The position numbers and the translations under genes were made by a program. From a virus (taxonomy: Duplodnaviria > Caudoviricetes), in the IMG/VR virus record IMGVR_UViG_3300033125_000635, positions 1 to 28,737 of that record: DNA of 28,737 nt. One strand, 5' to 3'. Below are positions 1-7,608 of the stretch, one piece after another. The notes below the pieces were generated by a model that was not told where the DNA came from, made no database searches, and saw only the letters and a list, made by a program, of their open reading frames with translations. Numbering within the stretch: position 1 is the stretch's first letter; the number at the start of each line of letters is the position of its first letter.

Positions 1-7
1 CAGATAC

Positions 8-26
8 CGTAAAATAATATTAGATA
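8..26 (+). promoter_or_regulatory. Candidate late promoter motif upstream of portal
   Basis: CGTAAAATAATATTAGATA begins 40 nt before the portal ATG; 17/19 identical to the copy at 3833. Confidence 0.6.
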
Positions 27-47
27 ACATCAAGGAATTTAAAGACT

Positions 48-1379
48 ATGGGTTTTTTCGACCGTATATTTGGTAAAGCAGAAACTAAAGTGACAAGTAA
101 TCCAACTGCCTTATTGCCTCTTCAAACTACGATGCGCGATAGGGGATATCTTACTGGTATTGGTGGTCAAGATCTTTATGCTTACCTTTCCAGAAGATTA
201 CCTGGTAGTTTAAAAGATTGGACTGCTGTAACTCAAGACTTGATGTTGAATTCCATTGTGGCGATTAGCATTGATTATTATATCAGAGCATTTTCTCAGT
301 CTGTTCCTATGGTATTTCAATTAACTGACAAAGATGATGAGTATGAAAAAGTACCAGATCATCCTATGCTTGCTTTACTTGCTAATCCACAATTAGGTTT
401 AGCTCCAACAAGATTCTGGTCTAACTTAATTATTGACTACAAACTTTATGGGAACTGTTATATTAGAAAGATTAGAAGTTCTGCAAAAGGTGAAGTGATA
501 GGTCTTCAATACTTACCTGCACAATCGATGCAGCCGTTTGGAGATGGTACTACTGCTCTTACTAAATGGCGTTATGTTAATGATGGTATTCCTTATGATA
601 TCGCATTAGATGACATTATTCAAATTGCTTATGGTAGAGATCCATTAGATTATCGTATTGGTAGAAGTCCTTTAATGGCTTGTCTTAGAGAAATAGCTAC
701 AGACAACCAAGCTTCATCAACAGCTTATGGATTGATGAAGAATAGTGGTCTTCCGTCATTGCTTGTTAGTCCTGATGCTAATAATGATATTGTTGATGTA
801 AATGATGATGATCTCCGAACAATGAAGAAGAGATTAGAAGATTCATTTACTGGAGATAACAGCGGAAGTATTGCTGTTATGAGCTCTCCATTTAAGGTAG
901 AAAAAGTATCATTCAGTCCTAATGAAATGGCTCTTGATGTTATTAGACATACACCTGAAGAACGCATTACATCAGCTCTTGGGGTTAACTGTCTTGTCTT
1001 AAATCTTTCTGCTGGATTACAAAACAGTACATATAATAACCTTCAAGAAGCAGAACAATCAGCCTGGAATCAAGGTGTTATTCCTCTTCTTACTGTGTTT
1101 GCTGAAAGTATTACACAATCTTTACTTCCTGAATTTTCTGAGACTAAAGATGGTGATTTCTTTAAGTTTGATATCAGCAAAGTTATAGCTCTTAAAGAAG
1201 ATCAAGATTCATTAATTAAAAGAGCAGAGATACTTTTCAAAAGTGGTATTATTGATAGATCAACTGCTAAACGTATGATTGGCCTTGAAACTGATCCTAC
1301 TGATGAAATGATTTATCATCCAGAAGGTACTCCAACTGTTATTCCTACACAACAAGTAAATCCAATGGGTGATGCATAG
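48..1379 (+). CDS. Phage portal protein, HK97 family
   Basis: 443 aa; motifs YKLYGNCYI, GLQYLP, GRSPL, WNQGVIPLL; AAGGA SD; lies between terL (across the junction) and the protease. Confidence 0.93.
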   Translation: MGFFDRIFGKAETKVTSNPTALLPLQTTMRDRGYLTGIGGQDLYAYLSRRLPGSLKDWTAVTQDLMLNSIVAISIDYYIRAFSQSVPMVFQLTDKDDEYEKVPDHPMLALLANPQLGLAPTRFWSNLIIDYKLYGNCYIRKIRSSAKGEVIGLQYLPAQSMQPFGDGTTALTKWRYVNDGIPYDIALDDIIQIAYGRDPLDYRIGRSPLMACLREIATDNQASSTAYGLMKNSGLPSLLVSPDANNDIVDVNDDDLRTMKKRLEDSFTGDNSGSIAVMSSPFKVEKVSFSPNEMALDVIRHTPEERITSALGVNCLVLNLSAGLQNSTYNNLQEAEQSAWNQGVIPLLTVFAESITQSLLPEFSETKDGDFFKFDISKVIALKEDQDSLIKRAEILFKSGIIDRSTAKRMIGLETDPTDEMIYHPEGTPTVIPTQQVNPMGDA

Positions 1380-1385
1380 GATTAA

Positions 1386-1394
1386 TGATATAAT
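1386..1394 (+). promoter_or_regulatory. Extended -10 promoter (TGaTATAAT), probably leaderless, for the HNH gene
   Basis: TGnTATAAT ends 5 nt before ATG 1400; no SD. Confidence 0.55.
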
Positions 1395-1399
1395 CAAAT

Positions 1400-1885
1400 A
1401 TGAATTCTTTGATTGAACGTTTTGAAAAACATATAACAAAAACAGATAATTGCTGGTTATGGAAAGGAGCCAAAAAAGGACAAAATTATGGCTCTTTTTC
1501 AATAAATGGAAAAGATTATAGAGCTCACAGAATAGCATATAAACTTTATATCAATGATTATGATCAATGTTTAAATGTTTTACATTCTTGCGATAATACT
1601 CTTTGTGTAAATCCAGATCATTTATTTCTTGGAACACATCAAGAAAATATGAATGATAAAGTTAATAAAAATAGACAAGCTAAAATGCCTGGTGAATTAT
1701 GTCCAACACATAAATTAACTGAAGAAGAAGTTATTGAAATAATTAAAAATTTTGAAAATAAATACAGAGGTATGTTTTCAAAATTAGCAAAACAATACAA
1801 TGTATCTTCATCAACTATTGAATGTATTTACCATAAAAAAACTTGGACATATTTAGAACGTGAAAAGATAATCAAAAAAGATTAA
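1400..1885 (+). CDS. HNH homing endonuclease (HNH_3-like) with C-terminal HTH
   Basis: CWLWKG...YG.F...AHRIAY...VLHSCDNTLCVNPDHLFLGTHQEN; C-terminal LAKQYNVSSSTI. Confidence 0.92.
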   Translation: MNSLIERFEKHITKTDNCWLWKGAKKGQNYGSFSINGKDYRAHRIAYKLYINDYDQCLNVLHSCDNTLCVNPDHLFLGTHQENMNDKVNKNRQAKMPGELCPTHKLTEEEVIEIIKNFENKYRGMFSKLAKQYNVSSSTIECIYHKKTWTYLEREKIIKKD

Positions 1886-1890
1886 GTTTA

Positions 1891-1961
1891 GCTCCATTCG
1901 TATAGTGATAGTATGGGTCTCTTGTAAAGATTAGGTAGGCGTTTGATTCGTCTATGGAGCT
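1891..1961 (+). tRNA. tRNA-Thr(UGU), degenerate, possibly a pseudogene; CCA not encoded
   Basis: Acceptor stem GCTCCAT/ATGGAGC; anticodon arm GGTCT-CTTGTAA-AGATT; T arm AGGCG-TTTGATT-CGTCT; G1:C72 and C2:G71 Thr identity pairs. T-loop has TTT instead of TTC and the D-loop lacks GG. Confidence 0.75.
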
Positions 1962-1967
1962 TAGAGT

Positions 1968-1994
1968 AAAGAGGAGATTAATTTCTCCTTTTTT
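1968..1994 (+). terminator. Intrinsic terminator after tRNA
   Basis: AGGAGA-TTAATT-TCTCCT stem-loop followed by a T run. Confidence 0.8.
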
Positions 1995-1999
1995 ATTAT

Positions 2000-2027
2000 T
2001 TGACAATATAACTGATTGGTGTATAAT
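2000..2027 (+). promoter_or_regulatory. Consensus sigma70-type promoter
   Basis: TTGACA-16 nt-TATAAT, then AAGGA SD and ATG 2048. Confidence 0.85.
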
Positions 2028-2047
2028 AGTAATGTAAGGAAGAGATA

Positions 2048-2311
2048 ATGTTAGCTAAATATAGATTTAGGTATGAAGATTTTGAAGCTTTTTTTGTAAA
2101 TGAAAAAGGTAAATATCAACGTAAAGATGAAATGTTATGGCAATATAAAGATTTTATTATAGGTATATCAAGTAATGGTACTCACTTCTTAATGAATCAT
2201 TATAACAGTTCATTTGATAAAAGCGAGTATATTGAGACAGATATAAGTTATACTTTAGAACAGTTTGGCAGTGATTGGTATGGTTTTATTTTAGAAGAAA
2301 CTGAGAATTAA
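2048..2311 (+). CDS. Hypothetical protein
   Basis: 87-aa ORF with promoter and SD; first gene of a tightly packed operon. Confidence 0.7.
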   Translation: MLAKYRFRYEDFEAFFVNEKGKYQRKDEMLWQYKDFIIGISSNGTHFLMNHYNSSFDKSEYIETDISYTLEQFGSDWYGFILEETEN

Positions 2312-2312
2312 A

Positions 2313-2438
2313 ATGGAAATGTCAGATAGCTCTACACTACAGTCTTGGATAAATATTCTTTTGAATTTGTCTAATTTAGATTTTGATATTATTTGTGATG
2401 CAGTCGATGTAGTTAAGGATATGAAAGATGCTAAATAA
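2313..2438 (+). CDS. Small hypothetical protein (41 aa, absent from the ORF track)
   Basis: MEMSDSSTLQSWINILLNLSNLDFDIICDAVDVVKDMKDAK; starts 1 nt after the upstream stop and overlaps the next start, filling the gap exactly. Confidence 0.6.
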   Translation: MEMSDSSTLQSWINILLNLSNLDFDIICDAVDVVKDMKDAK

Positions 2439-2724
2439 GAAATATTATAGTAGGACAGACTTAAAGGTTTTGGGATTTCAAAACCTAAATTTCTATGCTA
2501 ATAGGGAATTAGGCAAAGTATTTCTTACTGCTGATTATTTTCACAATGTAGGAAAATCAACTTACAAGACTTCCTTTACAGTTGAAGCAGATAAAGAAAG
2601 AACATCAATAAGATCTATTGAATCATTGTGTCGTTGTATGGTAAAAAAATTAGATGATTTTAAAGATATGAAAGCTTCTGATCAAAAGAAATTTGTTGAA
2701 GAACACGGTGATAAAGTTGATTAA
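2428..2724 (+). CDS. Hypothetical protein
   Basis: 98-aa ORF with AAGGA upstream, inside the operon. Confidence 0.7.
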   Translation: MLNKKYYSRTDLKVLGFQNLNFYANRELGKVFLTADYFHNVGKSTYKTSFTVEADKERTSIRSIESLCRCMVKKLDDFKDMKASDQKKFVEEHGDKVD

Positions 2725-2962
2725 TAATATTGTTGATTATTGGCAGAATGGATATCATAAACTATATGATCTTTATAGTTCAGCTCTACGTCACGAAAAC
2801 CACTTGATGGATGAGAAAAAAGAGCTTGAGAATAAAATAAACCATCTAAACTCTCAAATAGAACTTTTAGTTTGTGAGAAGATGGAATTAGCTAACGAAA
2901 TCATCACACTAAAAAGACTTATTGATGAATCTCATTTAAATGCAACTATGGGTAATTATTAA
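2693..2962 (+). CDS. Hypothetical coiled-coil protein (start uncertain, possibly TTG 2717)
   Basis: Heptad-like segment EKKELENKINHLNSQIELL; TAATG coupling to the next gene. Confidence 0.65.
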   Translation: MLKNTVIKLINNIVDYWQNGYHKLYDLYSSALRHENHLMDEKKELENKINHLNSQIELLVCEKMELANEIITLKRLIDESHLNATMGNY

Positions 2963-3513
2963 TGACAGACAAGATAAAAGAAATAGTAGACGAGTTTTTC
3001 CAAGATCATTCTTCTTGGGGAACTTATAAATATAGGCTTAATAGCTCTTATTGGGTTAAGTTTCAATTTACATTGCGTACAGACTGCATTAGAGTTTATG
3101 TTGGTGTTGAACTACCTGGATATGAGTTTTGCAGATCAGAAGTTTACAAAATGAGTAATGGTCCTTTAAATGATGATGATGAAGGATTAGCAGCCTTGAT
3201 ACTAATGATATATAGGGAAATAGAAAAGATGAATAAAGATGGCGTTTCTATAGGTTATGATCTTTATAAATCAGTTCTTGCAGATAATGACAAACTAAGA
3301 GATTATATAAAAGAACTGAAGAAAACTTGTGAATCTTGGAAAGATAAATATAACCAAGAGAAGATAGATCACACTACTACTAAATGTAGAGCAGTATTTG
3401 CTAAAAAAATCTTATCTGGTGAAAGTGATGATAGGGTTACTGAGTTTACTAATGTTGAGAAGTTAAAAGAGTTTGGGAATGCTATTGAGCATTTTCATCA
3501 TTACGGAAAATAA
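2962..3513 (+). CDS. Hypothetical protein
   Basis: 183-aa ORF with TAATG coupling on both sides. Confidence 0.75.
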   Translation: MTDKIKEIVDEFFQDHSSWGTYKYRLNSSYWVKFQFTLRTDCIRVYVGVELPGYEFCRSEVYKMSNGPLNDDDEGLAALILMIYREIEKMNKDGVSIGYDLYKSVLADNDKLRDYIKELKKTCESWKDKYNQEKIDHTTTKCRAVFAKKILSGESDDRVTEFTNVEKLKEFGNAIEHFHHYGK

Positions 3514-3785
3514 TGCTCACTATTATTGATTCTTTTCTCTTAAACAAAGATGTAACGTCTTGGTATGAAACTATTTTAGATGAATACCAAGACTACTATA
3601 ATCCTGTGTTTGACATAAGAATCAAATTAGAGTATGTTAGTAATGATTTTTTAATTAGTGTTCATAGAGCTAATACTGTTATTGTTGCAGTTTATACATA
3701 TGAACTCTATAGTACTAAAACAGACCAGGAAATATTAGATCACTTATTAAAAATGGTATGGGAAATGATCAATGAAAAACCATAA
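3513..3785 (+). CDS. Hypothetical protein
   Basis: 90-aa ORF with TAATG coupling. Confidence 0.7.
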   Translation: MLTIIDSFLLNKDVTSWYETILDEYQDYYNPVFDIRIKLEYVSNDFLISVHRANTVIVAVYTYELYSTKTDQEILDHLLKMVWEMINEKP

Positions 3786-3832
3786 TTCCTATATAACTGT
3801 TTATGAATAATAAAAAATTATATCCTAAATAT

Positions 3833-3851
3833 CGTAAAATAATTTCAGATA
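3833..3851 (+). promoter_or_regulatory. Candidate late promoter motif upstream of protease-capsid operon
   Basis: CGTAAAATAATTTCAGATA begins 40 nt before ATG 3873, the same spacing as at the portal. Confidence 0.6.
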
Positions 3852-3872
3852 CACTTTATTAAGGATAAATTT

Positions 3873-5273
3873 ATGTTCAATCTTAAAGCAAAACCAGAAG
3901 ATTTAAAAATGGATAGTTACGTTGAGTGGAATGCCAGTGGTGGTAAAGCTCAAGGTAAAATTGTCGATATAAGAACAGATGGAGAAGTAAGTAGCTCTAT
4001 TTCTGGTTACACTTTAACAGGAACAGAAGATGATCCAGTTTATGTAATCAAATTAGTACAGAGAGATTCTGATGGTAATGATGTACTTACCGATCAAACA
4101 GTTATCCATAGAGCTGATGCATTAAGAGTTATTCCAGATCCTATCAAAAGTGTTAAAATATTTCAAGGCTCAGAGATTAAAGCAGTTGGTAAAGGAATGG
4201 TCCAAGGCTATCTTGTACGCTTTGGTAACTCTCAAGATACTGATTTGGAGCGTGATTATTTTACCAAGAGTACTGATTTTGGTATGGAATTCGCTGATGG
4301 GTCCCTTCATAAGTTAGGTTTATATTACAATCACGGTATGGATCCAGTAGTCAAAACTAAAAAGATTGGCTATGGATCTATCAAAATGACTGACTTTGGT
4401 CTTTGGTATGAAGCTCAGTTAGACCTTGCTGATGAATATGCAAAGATGATTTATGAACTTGCTAAAAAAGGTAAGTTAGGTTTTAGCTCTGGAGCTGCAA
4501 GTCATATGGTTGATAGAGAAAAAGTTGGCAAATCATATGAGATTAAAAGATGGAATTTAGCTGAGGCAAGTTTAACACCACAACCAGCGGAGAGTAGAAA
4601 TATGGCATCAGTAAAAAGATATTTTGATGAGCAAGGTAGATTTATTCCATACTCAAGAGAAGAATTAGCTCGTATGGATAAAAAAGAATACGATGCTTAT
4701 ATGGGTATGATGTTCGACAAAATGAACACTATGAAGAATGAAGGCTATGATGAAGAATACGACGATATTGATGATATGGTTGAGGGTTCCATAGCTGTTG
4801 GTTCTGATCCATCTATGATTGCTGAAACTGTATTTGAAGATTCTAATCTTGATGTATTTAAATATGGTCTCAAATGTTTATTAATGAAGCTAAAATATGC
4901 TATGGTAAGTGTTTTAGAATATGGAACTGTTGAAGATGCAGATGCTATTCTTAAGAAATTCCATATGTTAGCATTAGATTTATTTAATAAAATGAAAGTT
5001 GATGACATCTCCAGTGAAATGGTAGATGAATCCTTAATGATGATGGATGAAGCTATGAAAGATGTAAAGCTTTCATCCGTAAAAGAAGTGGAGAAAATCC
5101 TGCGTGATGTAGGAAATATTTCACGAAGTCAATCTAAACAATTGGCTAACTTGGTTTGGAATGTTCAGCGTGATGTTGAACCATCTCAAGACCCAGAAAC
5201 AAAAACAATTAGTGATAAAGCTGAATTGAGAAAAAGCTTACTCGAAAAAGCTAAATCATTTAAAAATATCTAA
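3873..5273 (+). CDS. HK97-type prohead protease with N-terminal Tudor-like (DUF2945-like) domain and long C-terminal extension
   Basis: VQGYLVRFG, YYNHG (catalytic His), LGFSSG (catalytic Ser), EASLTPQPAE; immediately precedes the capsid gene. Confidence 0.88.
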   Translation: MFNLKAKPEDLKMDSYVEWNASGGKAQGKIVDIRTDGEVSSSISGYTLTGTEDDPVYVIKLVQRDSDGNDVLTDQTVIHRADALRVIPDPIKSVKIFQGSEIKAVGKGMVQGYLVRFGNSQDTDLERDYFTKSTDFGMEFADGSLHKLGLYYNHGMDPVVKTKKIGYGSIKMTDFGLWYEAQLDLADEYAKMIYELAKKGKLGFSSGAASHMVDREKVGKSYEIKRWNLAEASLTPQPAESRNMASVKRYFDEQGRFIPYSREELARMDKKEYDAYMGMMFDKMNTMKNEGYDEEYDDIDDMVEGSIAVGSDPSMIAETVFEDSNLDVFKYGLKCLLMKLKYAMVSVLEYGTVEDADAILKKFHMLALDLFNKMKVDDISSEMVDESLMMMDEAMKDVKLSSVKEVEKILRDVGNISRSQSKQLANLVWNVQRDVEPSQDPETKTISDKAELRKSLLEKAKSFKNI

Positions 5274-5299
5274 AGTACACAGATATAGAGGTAAAAATT

Positions 5300-6610
5300 A
5301 TGAATCTTGAAGAAATCCAAGCCAAGATTAGCGACAATGCTATCAAGGCTACTGAAATCTTAGAGCAGGAAGATGGAAACATCGAAGTTGCTCAAAAAAT
5401 GTTAAATGAGAATGAGGAATTAGTTAAGAAAGCTGATATGCTTAAAGCTATTTCTGAAATTCCTACTACTGCTACAACTGCTGAGGTAAAAAAAGTGTCT
5501 GATATTATTCTTCCAGGATCTTCCTCCTATGAAAACGTGAAGTCTTTCTCTCCTGATACAAGAGCTGAGAAAGAAAAAATGGGTTATGCTTTTGGTATGA
5601 TGGCCAAAATGATTGGTCGCAATGACAAGAAAGCTCATAACTGGCTTGTTGAAAATGGTTTTTATACCAAAGGTCAGAATGAAACTACTGATGCAGACGG
5701 TGGATATTTAGTTCCACAGATTCTTGCTCGTGAAGTTATTTTCCTTCGTGACAAGTTTGGTGTTATGCGTCAAAATGCTCGTGTTATGGGTATGAGTTCT
5801 GATAACCTTAACGTTCCTAAGAACTCTGCTTCTACCACTGCTTACTGGCCAGCTGAAAACACCAACATTACTCCATCACAGATTACATTTAGTAATGTTC
5901 AAATTCTTGCTAAAAAGCTTGCAATTCTTACTCAAGTTTCATCAGAACTTAACGAAGACAGCATTGTTGACGTTGGATCTGCATTAGCAGAAGATATGTC
6001 ATACGTTATGGCATATAATGAGGACCTTGCAACCTTCCTTGGTGATGGTTCTGGTACTTATGGTGGTATTACTGGTGTATGGAATGCTATTGCAGCTGTA
6101 AACGGTGGAGCTAACGCTTCTTATATCTATACTGTTGGTAATGCAACAGCTAACTGGAACAACACCACTCTTGCTGACCTTCGTAAACTTACTGCATCTA
6201 TTCCAGAATATGCTGATAGACCAGGTGAATGTAAATTCTATATGAATAGAGCATTCTTCCAACAAGTTGTTTGTAATGACCTTGATGCTCTTACTGGTAA
6301 CGGATTCTTTGATCTTACCGCAGCTCCAGGACCAAATCCAACATTGTTTGGTTATCCTGTTGTTTACACTCAGGTTATGAGTAATGATCCAACTCCTGCA
6401 GCTGATACTCCGCTTGCATTCTTTGGTAACCTCAAAACTGGAGCTATTATGGGTTCCAGACGTGACCTTAGAATTCAAGTTTCTGATCAAGCTGGCTTTA
6501 TCAGTGACTCCTTGTACTTCCGTGCAACTGAGCGCTTTGGCTTCAAATACCACGATCTTCCAACAGCAACTGTTGGTGGTTCTGTTGCAGTACTTGTTGC
6601 TAACAACTAA
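5300..6610 (+). CDS. Major capsid protein, HK97 fold
   Basis: DGGYLVPQ, KKLAILTQVSSEL, TLFGYPVV, FRATERFG; helical N-terminal delta-like domain; GAGGT SD. Confidence 0.95.
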   Translation: MNLEEIQAKISDNAIKATEILEQEDGNIEVAQKMLNENEELVKKADMLKAISEIPTTATTAEVKKVSDIILPGSSSYENVKSFSPDTRAEKEKMGYAFGMMAKMIGRNDKKAHNWLVENGFYTKGQNETTDADGGYLVPQILAREVIFLRDKFGVMRQNARVMGMSSDNLNVPKNSASTTAYWPAENTNITPSQITFSNVQILAKKLAILTQVSSELNEDSIVDVGSALAEDMSYVMAYNEDLATFLGDGSGTYGGITGVWNAIAAVNGGANASYIYTVGNATANWNNTTLADLRKLTASIPEYADRPGECKFYMNRAFFQQVVCNDLDALTGNGFFDLTAAPGPNPTLFGYPVVYTQVMSNDPTPAADTPLAFFGNLKTGAIMGSRRDLRIQVSDQAGFISDSLYFRATERFGFKYHDLPTATVGGSVAVLVANN

Positions 6611-6626
6611 TCCTGGGGAGGATTAT

Positions 6627-6658
6627 AAAAAAGGAGGAGAGAAATCTCCTCCTTTTTT
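6627..6658 (+). terminator. Intrinsic terminator after the capsid gene (potentially bidirectional)
   Basis: AAAAAAGGAGGAGA-GAAA-TCTCCTCCTTTTTT; a second hairpin TAATCCT-GGGG-AGGATTA lies just upstream (6608-6625). Confidence 0.9.
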
Positions 6659-6674
6659 ACTTTAACTGTAATGT

Positions 6675-6691
6675 CGTAAAATATATATAGA
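6675..6691 (+). promoter_or_regulatory. Candidate late promoter motif for the neck/tail operon
   Basis: CGTAAAATATATATAGA, directly after the capsid terminator and 37 nt before ATG 6712. Confidence 0.55.
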
Positions 6692-6711
6692 ACTAAATTA
6701 AGGAATTAAAA

Positions 6712-7218
6712 ATGCCACTCTCGAGATTACAAGCAATCCAACAATTAAGTGATATGTGTCAGGCTACTTTATATCCTGAATTAAATAATAATCAATTAGG
6801 TAATCTTATTGATCAACATAAGAAGTTTAAGACTTGGACAGCATCAACACCTTATGTAGTAGGTGATATGATTGTTCCTACTATTCCTAATGGCAGAGTG
6901 TATCAATGTATCATAGCTGGAACATCAACTACAACTGAGCCAACATTTCCTTCTATTGGTTATGCTGTTGGTCAATGTTTTTATAACTATGTAGGTACGC
7001 CACCAAACTTTTATGGCTTAACATTTCAAGATAATGGTTTTATTACTCAAGAAGTATATGATGTTAGAGCTGCAGCTAAACAAGCTTGGTTATTAAAAGC
7101 TTCTATTGCTGCTAACCTTGCTAACACTTCTGATGGTCAAATGAGAATAGATTTGCATACTATTCAAGAGAACTGTTTACAAATGGCAGGTAAATTTAGG
7201 AGCTTCTACATACTATAA
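6712..7218 (+). CDS. Putative head-tail adaptor with an inserted CBM5/12-like module
   Basis: Position after the capsid gene; YDVRAAAKQAWLLKA adaptor-like helix; internal WTASTPYVVGD...NGRVYQCIIAGTS...EPTF. Confidence 0.65.
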   Translation: MPLSRLQAIQQLSDMCQATLYPELNNNQLGNLIDQHKKFKTWTASTPYVVGDMIVPTIPNGRVYQCIIAGTSTTTEPTFPSIGYAVGQCFYNYVGTPPNFYGLTFQDNGFITQEVYDVRAAAKQAWLLKASIAANLANTSDGQMRIDLHTIQENCLQMAGKFRSFYIL

Positions 7219-7595
7219 TGGGAGTACCACCATCACTTTTAAATACATTGCGACTTGTGAACGCTAATTATTTTTTAACAAATAGAGTAAATTTATTTCG
7301 TCAAGAAACATTTACTGATCTTTATGGTGGAACATACTCTGAAGAAGTATTAGTTGGAGAGTTTCCTGCAAGATTTGTTCATAAAACATTTGATGAAAAA
7401 CTAATTGGTGGAGGAATACAAGCAAGAGATGAATATCATTTCGTATTTGCTTTTGATTCACCAGTAGAATTTCAGGATAAAATAAGAATAATAGGAGATA
7501 ATCATCCTAACCGTTATTTTTTAGTTACAAGTGTTGATGATACAACTTCTGAAGGTATGTTTAATACTGCCAAATGTACCGAAAGTTATAATTAA
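7218..7595 (+). CDS. Putative head-closure (stopper) protein
   Basis: 125 aa, beta-rich, TDLYGG and DKIRI...YFLVTSVD pattern; synteny. Confidence 0.65.
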   Translation: MGVPPSLLNTLRLVNANYFLTNRVNLFRQETFTDLYGGTYSEEVLVGEFPARFVHKTFDEKLIGGGIQARDEYHFVFAFDSPVEFQDKIRIIGDNHPNRYFLVTSVDDTTSEGMFNTAKCTESYN

Positions 7596-7608
7596 AGAGA
7601 GATAAAAA

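Noticed and set aside
1891-1961. tRNA fragment as attP core of a temperate phage
   Set aside because: No integrase recognised, and the element is a full-length cloverleaf rather than a 3-prime fragment
6384-6665. Alternative-frame ORF crossing the capsid stop (possible frameshift-extended capsid)
   Set aside because: The extension is short, runs through the terminator, and I see no slippery heptamer near the capsid end
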